Positions 28,773-38,592 of a stretch of DNA of 64,000 nucleotides are shown in pieces. The notes beneath the pieces were generated by a model, which searched no databases, was not told the origin of the DNA, and saw only the letters and a program-made list of their open reading frames with translations. The first letter of the stretch is position 1. Each line of letters starts with the position of its first letter. This DNA comes from an uncultured Verrucomicrobiae bacterium. Lineage in GTDB: Bacteria; Verrucomicrobiota; Verrucomicrobiia; Limisphaerales; Palsa-1400. The stretch is from positions 4,544,001 through 4,608,000 of the forward strand of contig OY969763.1 in NCBI GenBank assembly GCA_963702845.1. Direction: 5' to 3'. The position numbers and the translations under genes were made by a program.

Positions 28773-29336
28773 CTAGGAATTTAGAGTTGAGCGACCGCGT
28801 TTGATTTGGCGGTCGGCGCGGAATGGGGCGTCGATGCGCGGCTGATAGGTCAACGCGTTCTGCACGCGAGCGAATAATTTGAAAAACAGTGGCGCGGCAA
28901 TTCCGCCACCCATTGCCATGACGATCAATTGCCAAACCGATCGCCAGCCGAGCAACGGAACATTTCCATCGTTCATCAACAGGAACAACGTCATCACGGG
29001 ATGCAGCACGCTTGCGACTGCGCCCATAATGAATTGGGCGAATGGATGTTCGCGGAGCAACAACTCGCGCTCGCGGTAAATGACGAAACCGATCAGGAAC
29101 AAGGGAAGGATGCTGACGCCGAGCGTATTCAGGGAAAGCGAATCGAAAAACAAACCGCCTAGAATTGCGAGCAGAACGACGGTGACGATGTCGCTGGTTA
29201 AAGCGGTAAAGACCATCAGCGCCGGAAGCAAATCCACTTGAGCGCCGAAGATGTTGCGAATGAAACCAACATGCGCCTCGAGAAACACAGCCACATAGGC
29301 GATCGCTAAAATGAAAATGGTGTTGAGCGAGTTCAT
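28773..29336 (-). CDS. mreD: Rod shape-determining protein MreD
   Basis: Hydrophobic protein with GGLFFDSLS, between mreC and mrdA. Confidence 0.85.
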   Translation of the reverse strand: MNSLNTIFILAIAYVAVFLEAHVGFIRNIFGAQVDLLPALMVFTALTSDIVTVVLLAILGGLFFDSLSLNTLGVSILPLFLIGFVIYRERELLLREHPFAQFIMGAVASVLHPVMTLFLLMNDGNVPLLGWRSVWQLIVMAMGGGIAAPLFFKLFARVQNALTYQPRIDAPFRADRQIKRGRSTLNS

Positions 29337-30247
29337 CTGGTGGTAGGGCGCGTCAGTCCTCTGCTCGCCGGGGATGATGCGGGCTTCGTTCGACGTTCGA
29401 TGTTTGGCGTCGGACGTTCAACGTTCGTCTGCCCTGCCTCAGGCATCATCACCCAGACTTCTTCCAACGCGGCGAGGTTCGCAAAAAGTTGCACGCGGGC
29501 TTCAGTCGTGAGTCCGTTGTCACGGCTGCGTTTGTCGACGAGCCGACCGATCGGAATTCCGGCCGGAAAAACTCCGCCATCACCCAAGGTCATGACGGCT
29601 TGTCCCGGCGACACCACGCTGCTCCCGGGCAGGTAGGTCAGATCGACCATGTTGTTTTCCTGCGGGCTGGTGGAACTGGTCATGACAATGCCAGTTTCGC
29701 GATTGGTCGTTCCGACAATAGCCGAGACGCGGACGTTCGGATCGCCAAGAAGAACGATTTGGGAGTGCGTTTCTGAAACGGATTGGACGCGACCGACCAG
29801 GCCATCGATCGTGCGAGCAGGTAATCCAACGCGAATTCCATCCCGCGCACCTAAATCAATCTGCACGCTACGCCACCAGTTGGCCGGATCATGGGCGATC
29901 ACCCGGCCGAGTTTCATCGCTGGCGCGACCTGCTTTTTCCAACCGATCGATTGGCGCAAGCGATTGTTCTCACGTTCCAATTCGGCATCGCGCGTGAGCA
30001 ATAATCGAAGCTGCTGATTCTCCAGTTGCAGACGTTTGTTTTGCTCCAGCAACTCACGTTTAGTCACGAGTAAGTTGCCGGTTTTTTCAACAGCATCGTG
30101 AGAAGAACCGGCCAAACCGAAGAGGGGTAGAAAAAGCCCGCTGATAGCCAGCTTGAATTTGCCCATGGTTTGCGCCGGCAGTTTCAGCAAAACCGCCACC
30201 ACCAGCACCACCACAATCAACCCTATAAAATGAGCCTTCTTAAACAT
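29333..30247 (-). CDS. mreC: Rod shape-determining protein MreC with repeat-derived tail
   Basis: Coiled coil ENNRLR, IDLGARDGI, GLVGRV, GGVFPAGIPIG. Confidence 0.92.
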   Translation of the reverse strand: MFKKAHFIGLIVVVLVVAVLLKLPAQTMGKFKLAISGLFLPLFGLAGSSHDAVEKTGNLLVTKRELLEQNKRLQLENQQLRLLLTRDAELERENNRLRQSIGWKKQVAPAMKLGRVIAHDPANWWRSVQIDLGARDGIRVGLPARTIDGLVGRVQSVSETHSQIVLLGDPNVRVSAIVGTTNRETGIVMTSSTSPQENNMVDLTYLPGSSVVSPGQAVMTLGDGGVFPAGIPIGRLVDKRSRDNGLTTEARVQLFANLAALEEVWVMMPEAGQTNVERPTPNIERRTKPASSPASRGLTRPTTR

Positions 30248-30278
30248 GTCGCCCCTGTGGGCGAACAAAAAAATCAAA

Positions 30279-31305
30279 TCAACTTCTGGAAGAAGCCACC
30301 CGTTTCAAGAACTGCAGCTCCTGCAAAACTCGTCCCGTTCCTTCAGCTACGGCGCTCAGCGGATCATCAGCAACGTGCACCGGGAGGCCCGTTTCTTCGG
30401 CCACCAACCGGTCTATGCCGCGCAATAATGCGCCACCGCCAGCCATCACAATCCCGCGCTCCACCAGATCCGGAGGACAACTCCGGTGGGCAGCGTTCCA
30501 GGGTAATGCGAATCGATTCCAAAATACTGGAAAGCGGTTCTTTCAAACATTCGCGAATTTCTTCCGAGCGAATGGACAAGGTCTTGGGTAGACCGGCGCT
30601 TAAATCGCGCCCTTTGACTTCCATCGTTAACTCTTTTTCCAGCGGATAGGCTGATCCAACAGCCAATTTAATTTGTTCCGCTGTGCGTTCGCCAATCATT
30701 AGATTGTAGGCTCGCTTCATGTGCGCGACGATTGTCTCGTCAAACTCATCACCACCAACGCGTAAGCTGCGGCTGAAAACAATTCCAGCCAGGGAGATGA
30801 TCGCGATTTCACAGGTGCCACCACCAATGTCGACGATCATGTTTCCCGCAGGTTCGTGCACAGGAAGACCGACACCGATAGCCGAAGCCATGGGTTGTTC
30901 GATCAAATAAACTTCGCGTGCGCCGGCGTGAGTTGCGGAATCTTTTACTGCGCGTTTTTCAACTTCGGTAATGCCTGAGGGAACAGCGACGACCACCCGG
31001 GGAGCAATGAGCTTCCGATGATGAACTTTTTGAATGAAATGTCGCAGCATCGCTTCGGTGATTTCGAAATCGGCGATAACGCCGTCTTTCATCGGCCGAA
31101 TGGCTACGATATTTCCGGGGGTGCGTCCCAGCATTCGCTTGGCTTCCTCGCCGACCGCCAGCACGTTGGTTGTGCCAGCCTCGATCGCGACCACGGAAGG
31201 CTCTCGTAAAACAATTCCCTGGTCACGGACGTATACCAGGGAATTTGCAGTCCCGAGATCAATACCGATATCGTTGGAAAACAGGCTCTTAAGTTGCGCG
31301 AACAT
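30279..31305 (-). CDS. mreB: Rod shape-determining protein MreB (one extra base near 30471, likely assembly error)
   Basis: [22 protein letters not shown]; after PPELSS the conserved [16 protein letters not shown] continues in the shifted frame. Confidence 0.95.
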
Positions 31306-31454
31306 GAATGATACCTACTAGTCGTTGCGAGGTTAGAGTAGTGCGCGACTAAGGGTCAAGTTTAATAGGGGAAAACCCGCAAAAAATGAATTCATTTTGC
31401 CACCGTTAAAAAGATTACCCAAACGCGTTGGCCACATTGACGCCGAATGGAAAA

Positions 31455-34400
31455 CTAGCGGAGGCGGAGTTGGAAGAAATTTTTGTCGGCGGAGAGCGGG
31501 AGAGATAATTGCATCATACCATTGTTGGTTTGGATGCCGGTTGTCACGGGGTTCCAAAGAGCTGATGAATTGAGGTCTGGTGTTGAGAAAAGTGTTAACG
31601 GAGATGGAGGCCAGCTTAAGAGCAACTGATTTGGCTGGGTGGTTGCACGCAACGCAGGAGGCGCGTCGATTTGCGGCATCGGTTCGTCGCTGTCGTCCAG
31701 CTGATTTAGAAATCCAAGCAATTCGCCTTGTTCACCGAATGTCAGCGAACGGAAGGCGGCGTGAGGGGTGCCGTCAGGGGCATGGGCGGCGTCGAAAACG
31801 GCTAAGAGATTTGTAGCAGAGCCGTCATGAAGGTAGGGAGCTGTTTGCCAGAGACCACGCAGAGTCGGAGTATCGATGCCGGCCAGCAAATGGTGGAGAC
31901 GATTGCCACTACTGGGTTTGATTGTGCCAACGTCGTGGAGAAGGTATTGCGAGCTGTCGGTGAAATCGGCGCCGGTGTGGCAGGTGTAGCAATTAAGATC
32001 GATGAAATGTTGGCGACCGTTTTCGTTGCCGATTAATGGGGTGCCGTCAAAATTACGATTTGGGCTCGGTGGATAATTTGTCAGTGAACTGACGTAGGCG
32101 GCCAAGGCGTCGAGCTCGGGGCTGATACCGGTTTTGGGAGTGCCGAGGGAAGTGTTGCGGGTTTGGAAATTGAAATCGGTGTCGGACATGAAACCGGTTC
32201 CGCCAAACGCGTTTCTGATGTCGCCTTCGAAGTCCTGAATTTCGTCGAAGTTGGCGGACCAATGGACGAGCCCCTGCCCCATTCCGCGTCGGCCTTCGAG
32301 GGTCGTGGTGTTGCGCAGGCCTTCGCCGCGATCGGTGAAATCCCATGTGCGGCCATCGTGACCGCCGTCGAGATGGCAACTGATGCAGGTGAGATAGCCT
32401 TCGTCGGCCATGCGCGGATCTGCGGCACTGTAGAAGATGCGTTTGCCGGCGAGGACCTGCGGGGAGAGTTTTTCGGTCGCGACGATATTGGTGGCGATCG
32501 GCGTGATGACACTGGAGGTTCCGGCGGCGACGGCGGCGATGTCATAAGCGCTGATGGAGCGCGCCAGGAAATTGAGGACGTAAACACGCGAGCCGGACGG
32601 ATTGATACAGATGCTTTGTGGGGCGTCGGGAGTGTCAATGGAACTAAGGCTATTGCGCGTCGCGGTGTCGAAAACGCGGAGTTCGTTGTTCCCCTGGTAA
32701 ACAATGTAGGCGAGATCGCCCAACGGGGAAAAACACATCGAGCCGGGGATGGAATGGTTGTCGACGTCGAGTCGTGCAGTGAGGTCTTCGGCGTTTGTGA
32801 CTAGGTCGATTTGAGAAATAATGGAGCGGACGGTGTTGTCGTGGGTGAGCATTTGCCCGTCGCGGAACAGGCCTCGGGCGATGTTGTCTTTTTTCGATGG
32901 AACCCAAGCGCGTCGGCCATCGGGTGTGATGGCGGCCGCAATTAAATAATTGGGAACGCCGCGTCCAGTGTTTTCGCCGTCGACGGTATTGTCGAAGGCG
33001 AGAGGGAGCGTCCGCGTGAGAGACATATTTGAGGCGTTGATATCCCAGACCTCACCCTGGGTATCGGGTGAAATGAATCGGGTGGCCAACAGGCGTGTGC
33101 CATCACCGCTCAACGCGAGCGAGCTGACGCCCGCGTTGCCCGGCCCACAGATGGCTATGGGTGTTAAGGTGTCACACGAGAGTTTAGTGATTGAACCAGC
33201 GCGGCCGGCAACGAACACGCTCAATCCATCTGGCGAGATAACCAATGCGTCCGGGCCGAAACCATATCCCAAATCTGTGTTAGTAATGAGAACTCCACTG
33301 GTCGCGTTTAGGACTGACAGGGACGCACTTCGTTCACATGCCACAAAAATTTGATTTGCGCCGGGTCGCAACGCGAATGAACGCGGTTTTTTGCCAACGG
33401 CGATTTCCATTTCTTTGGCAAGAGTGAGCGCGTTGATGCGACTGACGCTGTCGCTGTCCGGATTGACGCACCAGATTTTGTCGGTGGATGAGTCGTAGAT
33501 GATTTGCGAGGAGATTTTGGGGGTTGAAGTAGGAATCGAGTAATGGACGTTGATGAGCAATCGACTCGATACGGTGGTGATGCCGTCATCAACTTGGAGG
33601 ACGACGGAATATCTTCCCGGCGCTGCGAACGAGTGCGAGACGGTGGAGACGCCGTTAGTTGGCGCGGAGCCGTCGCCGAAGTTAAAAGTAAAATTCAGCT
33701 TGTCGGCATCGACGTCAGCAGCGGCGGTCGTAAATGTGACTGATTGTCCGACGAGTGGTGTGTTGGTGGAGGCGATGAATGATTGGATTGTGGGAGGAGT
33801 ATTTTGTTTGGCGGCGAGGGCAGCAATTTCGTCGGATGTTAGCGCGCGATTGAAAATGCGGACGTCGTCGATGTTGCCTTTAAATTGAAAATTTCCCCCG
33901 GACATGGCGGCGACGGTGAGGGGGTTGGCATTGGCGAAGTCCGTGCGAACGGTTCCAGTCGTCGCGACTTGAGTTCCGCCGTAGAAAATTTTTCCAGTGC
34001 CAGCGGTGCGATCAATAACGACGGCGAGGTGGTTCCATTGGTTGGTGGCAAAGACGCCAGTGCCGGTCGCGAGCACTGCGCCAGCTGAACCGTTGCCGGT
34101 TTCGAGACGGATGGTTCGGTCGGAGGTCAAATAAGTATTGATGAAGAAACGGAAGCCGCTGGTGCCGCTGCCGGAAGCGGAGTTGGCGAGGAGGGTTTCG
34201 ATGTCGGCGCCGTTGGTCGCTATGCGCGCCCAGAGCGAGAGGGTGAATTGGTTTGAGAGCGTGACGGACGCGGCCGATGCATAGGCGCTGGAGCCGGAAA
34301 GCGAAAGTGAATATGAGCCGAGCGCGCTGTTGGTGGAATAGCCGGCGTTTCCAATCAGTGTGGCGAGATGTTGGTTGCCGGTGGTGTCTTCGCCGTTTTG

Positions 34401-35849
34401 CTCGAAGGGCCAGCGCAGAACCATGTTTGTCACTGTGGTGTTGGTGGCGACACTGCCCCCGGTCGAGAAATGTGAGTTAAAGGGTTGGGTGATTGCGTTT
34501 CCGGCAGCGTCGCGGATGCCGCCAATGGGGAGAATGATTTCGTAATCGGTATTGTTTTGGAGCGGTTGCGCGGGCGTGAAGTTGATCATGCCGAGCTGAG
34601 TTGAATACGTGCCGTTCAACGCGCTGCCGCCGACGGGGCGAACGATGAAGGAATTTGTCGTGAGTGAAAGGACGTCGATCTGGTCGTCCATGACGAAGCC
34701 GACGCGGGATTTGAGACCTTGATTGCGCGCGCCGTCGGGTGGATTGACGTAAGTGACGACGGGTCCGTTGGTGTCGGGCACTTGTTGAATGGGAACAATA
34801 GAGCAGCGATTGTCGGTAGTGCCGCTGCCGCCGGTGATGGCCATGTTGCCGAGGAGTTGAACGAAATCAGCGCCGCCGCCGAGCGGCCAATTGTTCAAGA
34901 CGGCGAGTGTTGTGGCGTCGAAGACGGTGATTTTTGCTGCGCCGGGTGTGCAGTAGCCTTTGCCGTTTTTGAGCATGACGTAGCGTGGGTTGCTTCCGGA
35001 AAATGGGATGAAGCCGACGACTTTGATGTTTGTTGGATCGGAGAAATCGTAAACACGAATACCGTTGGCGGTTTCGCATTGGTAAACGCGCGAGCCATAG
35101 ACCATCGAGGTGTAAACAGGCTGGCCGGTGACGAGGGAGCCGAGGAGTTTTGGGTTTGCCGGATCGCTGATGTCGAAGGTGGCAACGCCGGCGGCTTGGG
35201 AGGCGGAGCAGACGAGGAGATTTCCGATGGCGTGCAGCGAACCGACTGCAAACGGAATGAAGCTTCCGAGGTCGATGAGGCCAATTTGTGTTCCGGTGCC
35301 GGTGGTGACGTCGACGATTTCCATGAGGTTTGCGTCGGTGGCGTAACCGTTGCGCGGACGGAAGACGTATGGGATTTGCCCCATGTACCAAACTGGATTG
35401 ACGCTGCCGATGTAAGTGGAAAGGAGGGTTTTATTTTCGACATCCCAGATGTTGAAGTTCTTGTTGTTCTGAAAGCCGTCGATCATTTTGCTGCCCCAGA
35501 ACGCGATCATGTGCGGTTTGTTGCCCCCGGCCGTTTTTTGCGAAAGCAAGACTGGAGAGCGCGGATTGGATAGATCGTACCAACTGATTTTTCCGGAGAC
35601 AGTTGGGTCCGGCGAAACGGAATGGGCGGCTTCGATGATCAAGTAGCCGTGTTCGAAGGCGTTCATCGTTGGTTGATAACCGATGATGGTTTTGTCGAAG
35701 GTGTAGATTTCTTTACCGATCTCGGATGCGAGCCAAGTTGGCTGAACAACTCCCGGACCGGGTGCGGCAAGAACAGAGGTCGCGAGGATAAGGCCCAGCA
35801 GTAAAATAAACGAAGGAACGATTCGGAAGGAGGGGTGCACTGGGATCAT
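31455..35849 (-). CDS. Large secreted protein: LVIVD-type propeller, Big_5 Ig, LamG, PKD, YVTN-type propeller and di-heme cytochrome c peroxidase-like domain
   Basis: FDISDPANPKL repeats; WNHLAVV/GNIDDVRIFNRAL; FNFGDG/HSFAAPGRYSV; two CxxCH (CISCH, CYTCH); TPTLRGLWQTAPYLHDGSA. Confidence 0.88.
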   Translation of the reverse strand: MIPVHPSFRIVPSFILLLGLILATSVLAAPGPGVVQPTWLASEIGKEIYTFDKTIIGYQPTMNAFEHGYLIIEAAHSVSPDPTVSGKISWYDLSNPRSPVLLSQKTAGGNKPHMIAFWGSKMIDGFQNNKNFNIWDVENKTLLSTYIGSVNPVWYMGQIPYVFRPRNGYATDANLMEIVDVTTGTGTQIGLIDLGSFIPFAVGSLHAIGNLLVCSASQAAGVATFDISDPANPKLLGSLVTGQPVYTSMVYGSRVYQCETANGIRVYDFSDPTNIKVVGFIPFSGSNPRYVMLKNGKGYCTPGAAKITVFDATTLAVLNNWPLGGGADFVQLLGNMAITGGSGTTDNRCSIVPIQQVPDTNGPVVTYVNPPDGARNQGLKSRVGFVMDDQIDVLSLTTNSFIVRPVGGSALNGTYSTQLGMINFTPAQPLQNNTDYEIILPIGGIRDAAGNAITQPFNSHFSTGGSVATNTTVTNMVLRWPFEQNGEDTTGNQHLATLIGNAGYSTNSALGSYSLSLSGSSAYASAASVTLSNQFTLSLWARIATNGADIETLLANSASGSGTSGFRFFINTYLTSDRTIRLETGNGSAGAVLATGTGVFATNQWNHLAVVIDRTAGTGKIFYGGTQVATTGTVRTDFANANPLTVAAMSGGNFQFKGNIDDVRIFNRALTSDEIAALAAKQNTPPTIQSFIASTNTPLVGQSVTFTTAAADVDADKLNFTFNFGDGSAPTNGVSTVSHSFAAPGRYSVVLQVDDGITTVSSRLLINVHYSIPTSTPKISSQIIYDSSTDKIWCVNPDSDSVSRINALTLAKEMEIAVGKKPRSFALRPGANQIFVACERSASLSVLNATSGVLITNTDLGYGFGPDALVISPDGLSVFVAGRAGSITKLSCDTLTPIAICGPGNAGVSSLALSGDGTRLLATRFISPDTQGEVWDINASNMSLTRTLPLAFDNTVDGENTGRGVPNYLIAAAITPDGRRAWVPSKKDNIARGLFRDGQMLTHDNTVRSIISQIDLVTNAEDLTARLDVDNHSIPGSMCFSPLGDLAYIVYQGNNELRVFDTATRNSLSSIDTPDAPQSICINPSGSRVYVLNFLARSISAYDIAAVAAGTSSVITPIATNIVATEKLSPQVLAGKRIFYSAADPRMADEGYLTCISCHLDGGHDGRTWDFTDRGEGLRNTTTLEGRRGMGQGLVHWSANFDEIQDFEGDIRNAFGGTGFMSDTDFNFQTRNTSLGTPKTGISPELDALAAYVSSLTNYPPSPNRNFDGTPLIGNENGRQHFIDLNCYTCHTGADFTDSSQYLLHDVGTIKPSSGNRLHHLLAGIDTPTLRGLWQTAPYLHDGSATNLLAVFDAAHAPDGTPHAAFRSLTFGEQGELLGFLNQLDDSDEPMPQIDAPPALRATTQPNQLLLSWPPSPLTLFSTPDLNSSALWNPVTTGIQTNNGMMQLSLPLSADKNFFQLRLR

Positions 35850-35895
35850 CAAGATGCCTGCGCGCCGGGTTTCTGACAAGGTGTATCCCGCTGCT

Positions 35896-37434
35896 CTAAG
35901 AGATACCTTGCATGTGCCTGGATTGTCGCGCCGGGGCGAGATGCGATTGCGGAGATTGCGCCCGCGTTTCGGCAATGTAATCAGCCAAAAACGGCGGCCG
36001 TTCAGTGCGGCCTGAGCGCTGCCAATCGCGCCAAAGACATTCTGCCACGTGTTGAGCTGGCAAGGAATTTTCGGCCGTTAAATAGCGGAACAACATTTCC
36101 GCAAGGTACGCGAGTGCGATGCTGTGTTGGCGTCGCACCTTGGCGTAAAACCAATCGCTAAATTTGAAGAAGGCGTTAAATGGCGACTGCTCGGTGCTCC
36201 AGAGCAGCGGGGTGGTCTCGAGAAAATTTCCGCTGTTCGCCACAAGGTCCCAGTATTTGGCGAAGCGACGCAGACGTTGCATGGTTGCGAAATCGAGCAG
36301 CTTGTTCTGCAAAATTTCGTAGGCCGGATTCGCGCTGTAAACCATCCCCCATTCTTTATCGTGGCGAACAATTGGAGTGCCACGAAGGCGTTTTAAGATA
36401 CCAACCTGGATCTCCTGCGGCCGCATGGCGACGAGACGGTCGAAACCGGCGGCGAAGCTTTCCAGCGTTTCGCCAGGCAAACCAATAATCAAATCGGCGT
36501 GGATATGAACGCCGGTGTGTTCGCGCAGATAACAAAAGTTATCGGCCGTTTTGGTGAAATCGTTACGGCGACTGATATTTTTTGCCACATCGGCGTTGAA
36601 CGTTTGAATGCCGACTTCGAACTGCAACGCACCCACGGGGAATTTCGCGATGATCTCGCGCAGCGCTTCTGGCAAGCGATCCGGAATCATTTCGAAGTGA
36701 ACGAACAAACTGGGGCAATAACGTTCCAGAAAAAATTCGAGGATGCGTCGACCGCTATTGATGTTCAGGTTGAAGGTCCGATCGACGAACTTGAATTGTT
36801 TCACGCCGCGATCAAGCAGCTTTTGCATTTCGCCGAGCAACGATTCGATATCGAACTGCCGCACCGGAATATCCAGCGACGACAAACAAAATTCGCACGT
36901 GAATGGACACCCGCGCGAGGCTTCGACGTAAATGACGCGATGTGCCACGTCGTCATCGTTATAAAGTTCGTAGGGCAATTTCAGCTTCGCCAACTCGGGT
37001 AGCTCTGCGGGAATAACTTTATTTGCGGGCGCGTTGCCATTGAGGATCTGTCCGCAAACTTCCGCAAACTTCAAATCCGCTTCGCCGGTGATGACGTAGT
37101 CGGCGAGACGAGTTATTTCCTGCTGATCAGTTTCGAAACTGACTTCCGGGCCGCCAACGATGACGCAAAGGTCAGGACGGATGCGTTTCAAAGCCGCGAC
37201 AAGCTCCGTTGCCGGGGTCACGTTCCAGATATAAACGCCGATGCCGACAATCTTCGGGTTTTGCGCGAGAATGACTTCCGCGACGTCGAGCGGCTTTTGG
37301 TTAATATCGAACTCAATCAGGCACGCCCTTTCGCGCAGCGCGCCAAGATTGGCCAGCAGGTAGCGCAATCCAAAAGCAGCATGGATGTACTTGGCGTTTA
37401 GCGTTGTAAGGACGATGTCCGGCACTCGCGCCAA
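35896..37434 (-). CDS. B12-binding radical SAM protein (DUF4080-type C-terminus)
   Basis: [44 protein letters not shown]. Confidence 0.93.
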   Translation of the reverse strand: MARVPDIVLTTLNAKYIHAAFGLRYLLANLGALRERACLIEFDINQKPLDVAEVILAQNPKIVGIGVYIWNVTPATELVAALKRIRPDLCVIVGGPEVSFETDQQEITRLADYVITGEADLKFAEVCGQILNGNAPANKVIPAELPELAKLKLPYELYNDDDVAHRVIYVEASRGCPFTCEFCLSSLDIPVRQFDIESLLGEMQKLLDRGVKQFKFVDRTFNLNINSGRRILEFFLERYCPSLFVHFEMIPDRLPEALREIIAKFPVGALQFEVGIQTFNADVAKNISRRNDFTKTADNFCYLREHTGVHIHADLIIGLPGETLESFAAGFDRLVAMRPQEIQVGILKRLRGTPIVRHDKEWGMVYSANPAYEILQNKLLDFATMQRLRRFAKYWDLVANSGNFLETTPLLWSTEQSPFNAFFKFSDWFYAKVRRQHSIALAYLAEMLFRYLTAENSLPAQHVAECLWRDWQRSGRTERPPFLADYIAETRAQSPQSHLAPARQSRHMQGIS

Positions 37435-37471
37435 TCTAGCGTCAACACGCGCTCAAACCAAGCTCGGGAAA

Positions 37472-37492
37472 TTTTCACGCACCGCGTGAAAA
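37472..37492. promoter_or_regulatory. Palindromic operator / candidate enhancer site
   Basis: TTTTCACGC-acc-GCGTGAAAA perfect 9-bp inverted repeat, plus an extra TCACGC half-site at 37495. Confidence 0.5.
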
Positions 37493-37599
37493 ACTCACGC
37501 AAGTTTGTTTGATTTGAGTCACCCCCCGCTTTTCCAATAAAACCACCAAATGCCTAGAAATCAGAGTCTTACACACCATATAAGAACCACCCAAAAACA

Positions 37600-37615
37600 T
37601 GGCATTGTCGATGCT
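37600..37615 (+). promoter_or_regulatory. Putative sigma54 promoter
   Basis: TGGCATTGTCGATGCT = GG-N10-GC. Confidence 0.6.
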
Positions 37616-37642
37616 TAATAAAACTCAGTTGGGTTTCTTGTT

Positions 37643-37822
37643 ATGAAGCGTGATACAAAAGCAAACGAAAGTGGGGAACAAGGACGCGCTGAAAAGCGTG
37701 TGAACGAGAATCGCGCTGCCGTTGATCGAGGTAACGACAGCGAAGTTCGTCCGGAGCTCGGAGTACTCGGCTGGGCGGCTCGTGCGCAACGCCTTTTCGG
37801 CACAATGACACTGCACGCCTAG
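37643..37822 (+). CDS. Small 59-aa protein (not in the ORF track)
   Basis: MKRDTKANESGEQGRAEKRVNENRAAVDRGNDSEVRPELGVLGWAARAQRLFGTMTLHA, directly behind a sigma54-like promoter. Confidence 0.5.
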   Translation: MKRDTKANESGEQGRAEKRVNENRAAVDRGNDSEVRPELGVLGWAARAQRLFGTMTLHA

Positions 37823-37914
37823 CGCGTGCAGACAATTTGGGAAATAACCGCCGCTGGGTGCGGCGAATTTTTTTGTACCTTCTGCTCCCCTGCCCCGCAG
37901 TGTAAACGTCTGCC

Positions 37915-38529
37915 ATGCGTTTTCGCCTCACCTCCATATGCGCCGCGTTTTTCGTGCTAGTTGGTTGCAAGGTGGCGCAAAGTCCTGATCCAGACCTGGT
38001 GGATGTTGAACACTCTGTGCCGGGTGTTGCTATCGATATCCGTTACGCAACGACGAACAACTTCACCGGACAGCAACTCTATCCCTCTTCGAAATGTTTT
38101 CTGCGCCGTTCCACGGCTGAGAAGCTGGCACGAGTGGAATCTGAATTGCGACCGATGGGGCTTGGTTTGAAAGTGTATGATGGGTATCGGCCGCTCTCGG
38201 TGCAGCGGAAGATGTGGCAGGTTTATCCGCATCCCGGCTACGTCGCCGATCCTAAGAGAGGTTCGCGCCACAACCGCGGCGCCGCCGTGGATTTGACCCT
38301 CATCCACACTAACGGGGCTGAAGTTCAGATGCCAAGTCCATTCGATTCCTTCACCGAAACCGCCCACCGCGACAGCACCAACGCTCCCTCGGACGCGCTC
38401 GTGAATCGTGACTTGCTCGAACGTGTGATGGTTAAGAATGGCTTTGAAGGTTTGCCAACCGAATGGTGGCATTTTGACGATGTTGATTGGCGTCGATATC
38501 CGTTGCTCGACATCATTCCGCAACAGTAA
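37915..38529 (+). CDS. ddpX: D-alanyl-D-alanine dipeptidase (peptidase M15D), lipoprotein
   Basis: IRYATTNNFTG, DGYRP, SRHNRGAAVDLTL, EWWHFD; LVGC lipobox. Confidence 0.92.
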   Translation: MRFRLTSICAAFFVLVGCKVAQSPDPDLVDVEHSVPGVAIDIRYATTNNFTGQQLYPSSKCFLRRSTAEKLARVESELRPMGLGLKVYDGYRPLSVQRKMWQVYPHPGYVADPKRGSRHNRGAAVDLTLIHTNGAEVQMPSPFDSFTETAHRDSTNAPSDALVNRDLLERVMVKNGFEGLPTEWWHFDDVDWRRYPLLDIIPQQ

Positions 38530-38592
38530 CGTGGGTTTTGCCATTGCTGGCTTGCTACCACCGGCTTTTTTTTCGTACCTTTCACGCCACGT

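Noticed and set aside
35896..37822. RiPP cluster (radical SAM plus small ORF as precursor)
   Set aside because: The genes are divergent, the enzyme resembles a widespread stand-alone B12 radical SAM family, and no RiPP-type transporter, protease or RRE is evident
37915..38529. Vancomycin resistance (vanX) locus
   Set aside because: No vanH/vanA/vanRS neighbours; a lipoprotein DdpX-type housekeeping dipeptidase is more likely
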